The notes under the pieces are model-generated. The model searched no databases. It was not told the origin of the DNA and saw nothing but the letters and a program-made list of their open reading frames with translations. This document shows positions 8,129-15,446 of a stretch of DNA of 32,000 nt, piece after piece. The DNA is from Nostoc punctiforme PCC 73102 (GTDB lineage: Bacteria; Cyanobacteriota; Cyanobacteriia; Cyanobacteriales; Nostocaceae): positions 300,001 through 332,000 of the forward strand of contig NC_010631.1 in the NCBI RefSeq assembly GCF_000020025.1. Direction: 5' to 3'. Both the position numbers and the translations under genes were made by a program. Each line of letters starts with the position of its first letter. The first letter of the stretch is position 1.

Positions 8129-9403
8129 TTACAAAGGATTGCCTAAATAAGGGAAGGTAGGAAGAAAGTTGGCATTATTAGGCCCAACATTATCGCTAGT
8201 CAGCCCCGGAATAATACCAGTAGAAATGCCTGTAACTGCATCACCAAAGACAACAGATGCTGTTACATCGATTACGTCATCTTTTGGTCTTCTACCACCA
8301 AAATTGTTGCCTAACTGAGTTCCAAAATAACTACCGCTAGGTTTAGAAAGGTCAGCCTGGATAACATCAGGAATCGCTACCGAGATAACTGCATCAGCTA
8401 TACCTTGAGGTCTACCGATCGCTTTAACAAAGGCTTGAATAAATTGTGATTGATTGCTAGCGTCTTGCGTTGGTGTCTGAAGATTACTATTATTATGAGC
8501 TTTAAAGTCCATAAAAAGTTCATTCAGGGCTGGAACTGCTAACCGCTCAATCTGAGCAAAATGATCCTTTCTGAGTCTAGGAGTTTTAACACTAGTTGTC
8601 ATCCAAGCACCAATCTTGCCACTACCAAGCAGTTTCCTGGGTAGCTCGACAATAATTGAGTGGACATTGAATGGGGCTAGGGTGTCTTTTGCTTGTCCAG
8701 GTGGTCTAAAGGTAAGAACTGTGAAAGGAGGACTGGGATTAGGCTGAAGGCTATAGTTCCGATCCGGGATGATTTTAAAGAACTGTTCCAAATCGAAAAA
8801 GAACGGGTCTTTGCGTGTCCCAACAAAGAACTTCATACCGTTAGATGCAGAGAATGTTTGGTTGAGTTGCCCTGTCCAAGTTACGGGAAGCAAAGCTGAC
8901 TCTGTTCCTACTGTGGTTGGACGATATGGGCCTCGGACTGTGACAGTTTGCTGTGATCCTTTACCATTTACATTAAATTGGAGTACAACATCTTCAATAC
9001 TGTCGCCAGTGTTATCAATCTTGAACTGATAAAGAACATTTGGATCGAATGGTCTTTTTTCACCAGAAACAATGAGAGGGTCGAAATCCATGACTAAGAC
9101 AACATTTTTGGGGTTTGTCGGACTCTCAAATACAAACAAATCAGTGAGATCCGCAGCTGTCAACTTAGTGGCAAGAAAAGTTGTGTCTTGGTGATCTGAA
9201 GCCAAAGCTTGAGGGGTGGCATAGATTAAGACTACGAGCAAGATAGCGACAAATGCCACTAGAGGACGAAAAAACCGAGTAGCTCCAGTCCAAGATAGCG
9301 ATCGCTTGATGGAAAGAAACCCCATATTTTGGACTGCTTTATCTATGGGGAACCTGCCTTCAGTTGGTATAAAAGAGGTAATACTCCAAGCATTTATTCT
9401 CAT
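8129..9403 (-). CDS. DUF4331-family secreted protein
   Basis: After a signal peptide ending QALA, the protein reads SDHQDT...DLTDLFVFESP...FDPNVLYQFKIDNTGDSIEDVVLQF. This matches the N-terminal DUF4331 pattern (SSHREAP...D.TD.Y.F...FDP...Y...IDN.GD..ED). An alternative start is the ATG at 9325 (MGFLSIKRS). The ATG at 9403 has the better SD (AAGAAGGG). Confidence 0.7.
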   Translation of the reverse strand: MRINAWSITSFIPTEGRFPIDKAVQNMGFLSIKRSLSWTGATRFFRPLVAFVAILLVVLIYATPQALASDHQDTTFLATKLTAADLTDLFVFESPTNPKNVVLVMDFDPLIVSGEKRPFDPNVLYQFKIDNTGDSIEDVVLQFNVNGKGSQQTVTVRGPYRPTTVGTESALLPVTWTGQLNQTFSASNGMKFFVGTRKDPFFFDLEQFFKIIPDRNYSLQPNPSPPFTVLTFRPPGQAKDTLAPFNVHSIIVELPRKLLGSGKIGAWMTTSVKTPRLRKDHFAQIERLAVPALNELFMDFKAHNNSNLQTPTQDASNQSQFIQAFVKAIGRPQGIADAVISVAIPDVIQADLSKPSGSYFGTQLGNNFGGRRPKDDVIDVTASVVFGDAVTGISTGIIPGLTSDNVGPNNANFLPTFPYLGNPL

Positions 9404-10130
9404 AGTTACCCTTCTTGAGGTGTTTAGCCTCTACTGTTGGTGTGGATATAAATAGCAAGTTGATTTGGATTTCAAAAAAGACTGCGGCTATTACCGAAGC
9501 GCTTATAGCTTATTTGCTCTTACTACTCACTTTACAGACCAAAACTTGCTCATTTCTTGCTCACTTTTGTCTATATTGATTTCCAGCTAAGGAATAAAAA
9601 TTCAATTCTGACTTTTTGATTACTTATGCTGATTTCCATCGATTTTGCAAATGCCGATAAACAAAGGTTTTGTTAACTCATCCTCGATTGCAGTTGCTGG
9701 GACATGAACTCTCAGATCACGAATTTAACTCCTCATGTTAAACTATTGACCCTGGAAAGAAGCGTTAGCTCCTTTTGCTCAAAGGATTAATAAGTATGGA
9801 CTACTTAGCTGGGATGATGCCAAAGCTGCCCTTCCAGAGTTAAGGCGTTTACGCAAAGACATTGCCCTAATCAGCAATCGTGTACAAGGGTATGCGATTG
9901 CAAAGGCATTGTCCCAAGAGTGAGGGTTGCCAACAGTAGATAGCAATAAGTTTTTTGTGAAAGCCCGATGCTTATTTAAGGTAGGAGAATTAACCACAAG
10001 CGTTTAAATATAGCTGCGTTTCTCCAGTTGACGCAGGCTCAAATAATCGCATTGCCAACGGGCAAGCGATCGCTTGAGCCTTTCCTTGGTGTAGCCTTAT
10101 GGTTGACACCAGTATATTAGTAATATTATC

Positions 10131-10463
10131 ATGTCAACTGGCGAGCGCAGTAAAAATAAAATTAAAGTGAAAATGAATATCACAGTAGATGTAACACCCA
10201 TTGCTGCGTTTAGGTGGAATGAAGAAAATGCCCAAAAACTCAGGGAGCTTAGAGAGAAAGCTGGATATAGTAGACAAAAGCTATCTGATGCTGTGGGAGT
10301 TTCTGTGGCTTATATTCAGCAGCTAGAGACTCCTCACGTCTTTATTAACAAACCAAAAAAACCAACTCAGATGACTGTTAGTACAGAAATTCTAGAGAAA
10401 CTTTGTGCTGCTTTAGATGGGGATATCACTTCACTTATTTGGAACATAGATTACAACAGTTAA
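10131..10463 (+). CDS. XRE-family helix-turn-helix transcriptional regulator
   Basis: LRELREKAGYSRQKLSDAVGVSVAYIQQLE is a typical Cro/CI-type HTH. The in-frame ATG at 10173 is an alternative start if transcription begins downstream of the TTGACA at 10103-10108. Confidence 0.8.
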   Translation: MSTGERSKNKIKVKMNITVDVTPIAAFRWNEENAQKLRELREKAGYSRQKLSDAVGVSVAYIQQLETPHVFINKPKKPTQMTVSTEILEKLCAALDGDITSLIWNIDYNS

Positions 10464-10472
10464 GAGAGTTAT

Positions 10473-10527
10473 TTACTACGCTCACCAGCTAAAATTGCTT
10501 GACAACCACTGGTGAGCGTAGTAATAT
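10473..10527 (+). promoter_or_regulatory. near-consensus sigma70-type promoter embedded in a 16-bp perfect inverted repeat (putative operator)
   Basis: TTGACA (10499-10504), a 17-bp spacer, then TAATAT (10522-10527). TTACTACGCTCACCAG (10473-10488) is the exact reverse complement of CTGGTGAGCGTAGTAA (10509-10524). A third copy of the box, ACTGGCGAGCGCAGTAA, lies at 10137-10153 (15/17 identical to 10508-10524). Confidence 0.55.
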
Positions 10528-10555
10528 AGTAATCATAAGAGAGGAGACGAGCGCG

Positions 10556-10735
10556 ATGCCTCTTTTGAAAAACAAAGAAGCGCTCAAAATTCAACCCTTA
10601 CAAATCGAGTTAACGATACGAAACCACAATAACCAGTCGCCGCCGGGACTAGCAGCCGGAAGCCTTAAACTTGTAATGGTCAAGCCGCCGCGAGATGATT
10701 CCGATGACCAAACTAAGTCTAAAAACTGGTTGTAA
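10556..10735 (+). CDS. possible 59-aa small protein, or the body of a non-coding transcript
   Basis: ATG 10556 is preceded by GAGAGGAGA. The ORF lies between the promoter at 10499-10527 and the terminator at 10758-10796. The composition (MPLLKNKEALKIQ...PPRDDSDDQTKSKNWL) is not clearly protein-like. Confidence 0.25.
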   Translation: MPLLKNKEALKIQPLQIELTIRNHNNQSPPGLAAGSLKLVMVKPPRDDSDDQTKSKNWL

Positions 10736-10757
10736 AAACTTCAATCCTCCCAGAATT

Positions 10758-10796
10758 AAGGCGATTACGTACTCAGTTGTATGCAATCGCCTTTTT
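10758..10796 (+). terminator. rho-independent terminator
   Basis: AAGGCGATT (10758-10766) pairs with AATCGCCTT (10785-10793) across an 18-nt loop, running into a T5 tract. Confidence 0.6.
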
Positions 10797-10910
10797 AAAA
10801 AATACAACATGGCTGTACAGAGGGCACGATGAATCCAATATCTTCTCTACAGCTTTGTGCTGTCTGGTGTTTTGACATCAGTTAATAGGCTTTACCCCTG
10901 AACATTTTTA

Positions 10911-11040
10911 CTAGCGTGGCAAAACTAGCTAGAGCAAAAACTTAAACGTAGTAAATTCGTTATTATTGAAAATTTTGGTTTACCTATTTAGGCCTATTTC
11001 AATCATGAAAAATCTACTCTAGCGAGTTTTACCACTCTAG
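10911..11040 (+). mobile_element. 130-bp MITE-like element, copy A
   Basis: 121/130 identical, without gaps, to 25111-25240. The ~24-bp termini are inverted repeats (CTAGCGTGGCAAAACTAGCTAGAG / CTCTAGCGAGTTTTACCACTCTAG). It is flanked by a perfect 8-bp direct repeat CATTTTTA (10903-10910 and 11041-11048), consistent with a target-site duplication. Confidence 0.65.
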
Positions 11041-11178
11041 CATTTTTATAAGGCTTCGCCAATTCTAGAGTGAGAGTGTTGTGCTGAAAGCACAACGAAC
11101 TGACTAATAAAAATAGGACGATCGCCGTCCCTGGAAAGTCTGCGATCGCCTTTTTACCCATTTAAGAGGTATTTCCTA

Positions 11179-11976
11179 ATGATGACACAACTTTCAGCCC
11201 CTACGCTAACAAAAGATCCGTTAACCTCACAGGATCGCCAAATCATTGCAACCATCGTCAATCAGTCGGATTACTCAAAAGAGTGCAAGCCCGAAGATGT
11301 AGTGACTATCTGGATCAACAGTGATGATATCGTGTGGGTAAAAATGACCCACGGTTATGCTCGATACCACAAACAATCCTTCAAACGCGCAGTAGCAGAG
11401 GTAAAAGCGAGTCTTTCTGCTCCAGTAGAGCGCAATCACAAGGAAGAAAAGGAATTAAAACAAGCTTCTGAGAAAATTGGCTTGTTGGGTGATTGTGATT
11501 GGCTATCGTTGAGCGTCCAGTACCATTCTGATAAAGTAACCGGTCATGCTGCTTGTTATATTTCCCACAAGGCTCGAATATTAACCCCACTTGCGGAATG
11601 GGACTTCACCATACCGAAGTGGAATATGCCTGCTGCCATCTGCCCAGATTGTGATGGTCATGGCTGCGGTAACTGTGGGTATCGTGGTACTCGTGCAGAA
11701 GACTTGTGTACGCCAGTGGACGGCTACCGACTGACCTATGTGGGCAAGACTGACATCCAGACGGCTCACAACGTCTATCTAGATGGTGTATTCTTGGGCA
11801 TACTCTTCAAGGTCAGAAACCCCGATGAAATCTGGGAAAACGACCCCAAGACGTACTATTGGCAAGGTAGTAATGGCATGAAGTATTGGAGCCTCAAAGA
11901 GGCTGTAGAATCCTTTACTCAAGATGTGGTGACTAATAAAGTGCCACAGGTTCGTCAGGAGTTGGCGGTAGCGTAA
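11179..11976 (+). CDS. hypothetical protein with DnaJ-like CxxCxGxG zinc-finger motif
   Basis: 265-aa ORF with AAGAGG upstream of the ATG. CPDCDGHGCGNCGYRG lies at aa 155-170 (nt 11641-11688). I recognise no other family. Confidence 0.6.
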   Translation: MMTQLSAPTLTKDPLTSQDRQIIATIVNQSDYSKECKPEDVVTIWINSDDIVWVKMTHGYARYHKQSFKRAVAEVKASLSAPVERNHKEEKELKQASEKIGLLGDCDWLSLSVQYHSDKVTGHAACYISHKARILTPLAEWDFTIPKWNMPAAICPDCDGHGCGNCGYRGTRAEDLCTPVDGYRLTYVGKTDIQTAHNVYLDGVFLGILFKVRNPDEIWENDPKTYYWQGSNGMKYWSLKEAVESFTQDVVTNKVPQVRQELAVA

Positions 11977-11994
11977 AATTAAAGAAATCTGACA

Positions 11995-12025
11995 GTGGAC
12001 AGGAGAAATTAGAAAAACTGTCCAC
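11995..12025 (+). terminator. weak stem-loop downstream of the 11179 gene
   Basis: GTGGACAG (11995-12002) pairs with CTGTCCAC (12018-12025). There is no clear U-tract, and an 8-bp stem is near chance level. Confidence 0.3.
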
Positions 12026-12139
12026 TTACCAATTTGAAAACGAGATCCTTTATTTAAATGTAAAGATAAAAGCAAATCTAAAAATTTTGCGCGATCAAAC
12101 ATTCTGTCGGTATCAGTTCAAACTTGAAGAGATAATACG

Positions 12140-12757
12140 ATGTTTCAAGCTTTACCAGAACCAGTTACTTTTGAAGAATTTCTAGAGTGGAAACCAGAAA
12201 ATGGCAGATATGAATTATATAAAGGAGCAATAGTAGAAATGCAGCCAACAGGAGAACATGAGCTAGTTAGAGCATTTCTGATTAGAGAACTCAATTTTGA
12301 GATTCGCAGGTTTAATCTAGCTTATACTATTCCTGGTCAAGTATTAGTCAAATCAGTTGATAAGAAATCTGGTTATATTCCAGACGTATTAGTATTGAAT
12401 CTTCCTAACTTGAGCAATGAACCGCTCTGGAAAAGAGCATCAACAGTTACTCAAGCAGAATCAATTCCATTAGCAGTGGAAGTTGTAAGTACAAATTGGC
12501 GTGATGATTATTTCCTGAAATTTGGTGAGTACGAGGAAATTGGGATTCCAGAATATTGGATTGTTGACTATGCTGCTCTTGGTGGAAAGCGATTTATTGG
12601 AAATCCTAAACAACCAACAATATCAGTTTATGCTTTAGTCGAAGGTGAATATCAAGTTACTCAATTTCGAGGAAATGACCGGATTCAATCACCTACTTTA
12701 AGAGAGCTAAATTTAACTGCTGAACAAGTTTTTCAAGCTGCTTTAGGAGAGTATTGA
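12140..12757 (+). CDS. Uma2-family (DUF820) PD-(D/E)xK-like endonuclease
   Basis: FEEFLEWKPENGRYELYKGAIVEM...GEHE...IPDVLVL...LAVEVVS...EYEEIGIPEYWIVD follows the Uma2 pattern found in multicopy in cyanobacteria. Confidence 0.8.
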   Translation: MFQALPEPVTFEEFLEWKPENGRYELYKGAIVEMQPTGEHELVRAFLIRELNFEIRRFNLAYTIPGQVLVKSVDKKSGYIPDVLVLNLPNLSNEPLWKRASTVTQAESIPLAVEVVSTNWRDDYFLKFGEYEEIGIPEYWIVDYAALGGKRFIGNPKQPTISVYALVEGEYQVTQFRGNDRIQSPTLRELNLTAEQVFQAALGEY

Positions 12758-12834
12758 TTAAGACTAATACTTTCCCAGTCAACGAAAGCGATTTTGGTAT
12801 TGGTATAAACTATCCTTCGCAATTTGTCCTTTGA

Positions 12835-13737
12835 ATGACCCAAAAATTTTATAGTCTCTTTGTTGAGCATTATCTCGAAGGCTTGCTTTCATCATTAGGT
12901 AGTGTAGAAGTTAGCGGCGTAATAACAGGTTCAGAAAGGCGGGGAATTGTTCTGTTTTTTCCGAAAGGGACAATTCAAACTGAAAGACACTCACTTGGAT
13001 TACTTGCTAAAGTTGCTCAAAGTGATTGTTCAATAAAAGTTTATTGTGAGCAAATTAGTGAAACAGAAGTCCGAAGCTGCCTACATAAACTTTTAAATGT
13101 CTTTTCAACTTTGAACTGTCGGGCATCGGCAGAAGGGAAAACTTTAGATGATGATAATTTACCTCGTTTGTGGATTTTAGTACCATCAGCTTCGCCAGAT
13201 TTACTCAAAGGTTTTGGCGCACAATTAGAGCTAAAAAACTGGACTACTGGAATATACATTCTGCCTAATGTTTTTAGAATTGCAATAGTAGCTATTAACC
13301 AACTACCAGTTACTTCAGAGACGCTATGGTTAAGGCTTTTGGGACGGGGAGTAATTCAAAAACAAGCAGTAAGTGAAATCATTGCACTTCCTTCATCCAA
13401 CCGACTACGCCAAAATGTTTTAGACATAGTTTACAGATGGCGTAGTAGTGTGATGACGCAGACAGATTTAACTGAAGATGACCAGGAGTTAATTATGAAT
13501 TTAACAGAAGCTTATCAAGAAGCAAGAGCGCAAGCTGTACAAGAGGGAGTAGAGCAAGAACGCCGTCAGGTTGTAGAAAACCTGTTGAGATTCCGGTTTG
13601 GTTCTGTGGATGAAGAACTCTCAAGAGTAGTCGATAATCTGTTGCAGTTAGCACTAGATGACTTTGCAAGATTTTTACTGGAATTGTCTAGTTTATCCCG
13701 TGAAGAGTTGTTAGCAAGATTTAATTCGCACGAATAA
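12835..13737 (+). CDS. DUF4351 domain-containing protein
   Basis: The C-terminal LTEAYQEARAQAVQEGVEQERRQVVENLLRFRFGSVDEELSRVVDNLLQLALDDFARFLLELSSLSREELLARF matches the cyanobacterial DUF4351 pattern. The N-terminal domain is unassigned. Confidence 0.65.
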   Translation: MTQKFYSLFVEHYLEGLLSSLGSVEVSGVITGSERRGIVLFFPKGTIQTERHSLGLLAKVAQSDCSIKVYCEQISETEVRSCLHKLLNVFSTLNCRASAEGKTLDDDNLPRLWILVPSASPDLLKGFGAQLELKNWTTGIYILPNVFRIAIVAINQLPVTSETLWLRLLGRGVIQKQAVSEIIALPSSNRLRQNVLDIVYRWRSSVMTQTDLTEDDQELIMNLTEAYQEARAQAVQEGVEQERRQVVENLLRFRFGSVDEELSRVVDNLLQLALDDFARFLLELSSLSREELLARFNSHE

Positions 13738-13766
13738 CCTGTAACTACAAATAATTATTAGTTAAA

Positions 13767-13800
13767 AGCGCTTTTGTGAAATCAAGAGCGCTGTTTTATT
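13767..13800 (+). terminator. rho-independent terminator after the DUF4351 gene
   Basis: AGCGCTTTT (13767-13775) pairs 8/9 with AAGAGCGCT (13784-13792) across an 8-nt loop, followed by GTTTTATT. Confidence 0.5.
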
Positions 13801-13873
13801 GGCTCTACGCTTCATATATCACAATTAAACGGCTGCGCCAATGCGAAAGTGAAAATACTTTTGGTACAAACAA

Positions 13874-14431
13874 ATGATCCCTCAAGAAACATCGGATTTA
13901 CTTGCTGCTTTAATGCGCCAAGAGGAACTACTCAAGCAATTAATCTCTTCAATCAATAAGCCAAAACTAGGATTGCACTCTGATGCAGGCAGTAGCAAAA
14001 TCTACTGCAATCGTCACAATGGTTCACTCTGGTATACCCTAAACAACAGTGAAGCGAGTGCGATTACCCAAACTGCCTTAACTGGATATCTAAAAGAACT
14101 GAAATTCGAGAAGTGTGAGCGCAGAGGAAAAGAAGTTTACAAGTTGCTGATTACAATTCAAGCAGACAGACCCTATATATTAGAAAGTGGGCATGATACT
14201 CACTTTGCTAAATCTGTATTAGCCGCGATCGCAACTTTGACCCCAGAACAATTGTATTCTCCCATCACACTACAGCCACAGCCAGGGACAACAGATGAAA
14301 ATGTGTTGTTCTGTCGCGTATGGGTTGGGTCGGAATTAATCATGGCATCCTACAACGAAGAAACGAACTGGCGTGAGGTCAGCAAGCAGGCAATTGCTGT
14401 AACCAAAGCTGCTCTTGAGATGGCGTTTTAG
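13874..14431 (+). CDS. hypothetical protein (185 aa)
   Basis: Long ORF co-oriented with its neighbours. No family recognised. A weak hairpin (14447-14467) follows the stop. Confidence 0.5.
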   Translation: MIPQETSDLLAALMRQEELLKQLISSINKPKLGLHSDAGSSKIYCNRHNGSLWYTLNNSEASAITQTALTGYLKELKFEKCERRGKEVYKLLITIQADRPYILESGHDTHFAKSVLAAIATLTPEQLYSPITLQPQPGTTDENVLFCRVWVGSELIMASYNEETNWREVSKQAIAVTKAALEMAF

Positions 14432-14658
14432 TCTTAAAGATGAAGTAAGGCAGGATTTACCTGCCTTGTGCGTCACTAAAATCAGCTTCATTTCATGAAT
14501 CTAACATTGCACATCTGATTGACAAAGACATTACCGACTTATGTCGAAACTGTGACTGCTAAAAGTTGTAACAAGAGTTTGGGGGACTGTAGTTATGAGT
14601 GACTCAAGCTTTGTCTACAACTAATACGTGCTGTTCAAATATTCACAAATAATCACAG

Positions 14659-14943
14659 ATGACTATTACAATTGTTCATCCCAGCATCGAAAATCTACAA
14701 CCATTTTCTGACTTGTTTGACCTGGAAAAACTTTTGCAATCTGGGGGAATTCTACCGTGGCTTTTGGCTAACGGTTGGGATTACAGGGATGAATCTTGTT
14801 TGATTGCAAATATTGTTGATGAGTCTACAAGTCTAGATGAAGTTTGGGATTCTAAAGAGTTTGATTTTCAAGCGCTACCAGATGAATCAAAGGAAAAATT
14901 GAATCAGATTATGTGTGAAAAACTCTCCAGTCAGACTGATTGA
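14659..14943 (+). CDS. small strongly acidic hypothetical protein (94 aa)
   Basis: 19 D/E against 6 K/R by my count. No family recognised. Confidence 0.45.
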   Translation: MTITIVHPSIENLQPFSDLFDLEKLLQSGGILPWLLANGWDYRDESCLIANIVDESTSLDEVWDSKEFDFQALPDESKEKLNQIMCEKLSSQTD

Positions 14944-14955
14944 ATCTGACTGGAG
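14925..14955 (+). other. 11-bp perfect stem-loop spanning the stop codon of the acidic ORF
   Basis: CTCCAGTCAGA (14925-14935) pairs with TCTGACTGGAG (14945-14955) across a 9-nt loop that contains the TGA (14941-14943). No downstream U-tract. Confidence 0.5.
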
Positions 14956-15009
14956 AGAAAAATCGATTCCACAAAAGATTATCACACACTCTACTTCAAT
15001 ACTAATCAG

Positions 15010-15279
15010 ATGGAAACAAATTTGATTAAAGTGTACGATGCAACACTATTAAGCTCATCGAAAGTTTACCAAATCGACGGTACGCTTTCACGATACTTGG
15101 GTGATGAAGGTACTATCCAACATCCACAGTATCTATTTTTGCCTTTGCCAAATCAAAGAAAAAAAGTCAGCTTTCGACTAAACCGAAACAAACTCATGAC
15201 TCGCTGTTATGAGGTCGAAGGTATGGTTTATGAAAAACCTGCGGTACAGGATAATTCACAGCAACTTCAACTATTTTAG
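15010..15279 (+). CDS. hypothetical protein (89 aa)
   Basis: ORF from the track, co-oriented with its neighbours. Another ORF follows 2 nt after its stop. Confidence 0.4.
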   Translation: METNLIKVYDATLLSSSKVYQIDGTLSRYLGDEGTIQHPQYLFLPLPNQRKKVSFRLNRNKLMTRCYEVEGMVYEKPAVQDNSQQLQLF

Positions 15280-15281
15280 CC

Positions 15282-15428
15282 ATGTCAATACATAAACCAC
15301 CAGTCATTAAAAGACATATCCGACTACAAAATGGCTCTACAAAAGTAATCTATAGAGCTACTACAGACATTCGCTCTCTTGAGAAATCACCACAAAGAAA
15401 GCTTCGCTTAATCGAAAGTGAAAAATAA
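15282..15428 (+). CDS. untracked 48-aa basic ORF
   Basis: MSIHKPPVIKRHIRLQNGSTKVIYRATTDIRSLEKSPQRKLRLIESEK. The ATG lies 2 nt after the upstream TAG (15277-15279). The stop (15426-15428) lies 18 nt before the next ATG (15447). The ORF is below the 60-aa cutoff of the track. Confidence 0.4.
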   Translation: MSIHKPPVIKRHIRLQNGSTKVIYRATTDIRSLEKSPQRKLRLIESEK

Positions 15429-15446
15429 TGATTGAGGTCAATAATC

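Noticed and set aside
7278-9029. Plus-strand ORFs 7278-7481, 8693-8899 and 8769-9029
   Set aside because: They are antisense to the TPR and DUF4331 genes and lack signals or motifs.
9404-9700. Possible metal (NiCo-type) riboswitch in the leader of the DUF4331 operon
   Set aside because: The leader is AT-rich, and I could see no conserved GC-rich paired elements typical of such riboswitches. A covariance-model scan would be needed to exclude it.
9750-9923. Open frame PWKEALAPFAQRINKYGLLSWDDAKAALPELRRLRKDIALISNRVQGYAIAKALSQE (+), and the track ORF 9779-9997 (-)
   Set aside because: The plus-strand frame looks more protein-like than the tracked minus-strand ORF, but it has no start codon and is preceded by stops in all frames. 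It may be the 3' remnant of a lost gene. I cannot assign a family, so neither is reported as a feature.
10499-10555. Track ORF start at 10499 (MTTTGERSN...), resembling the XRE N-terminus MSTGERSK
   Set aside because: The peptide similarity is a by-product of the repeated DNA box ACTGGYGAGCGYAGTAA. The ORF's start codon is the TTG of the -35 hexamer TTGACA. If anything is translated, it starts at ATG 10556.
11047-11062. 12-mer AAGGCTTCGCCA shared by 11051-11062 and 17367-17378, both upstream of genes
   Set aside because: A single exact 12-mer recurrence is expected by chance several times in 32 kb, and there is no further flanking similarity.
11381-12102. Minus-strand ORFs 11381-11590, 11581-11769 and 11779-12102
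   Set aside because: They are antisense to, or trail off the end of, the 11179-11976 gene. They have no signals and odd composition.
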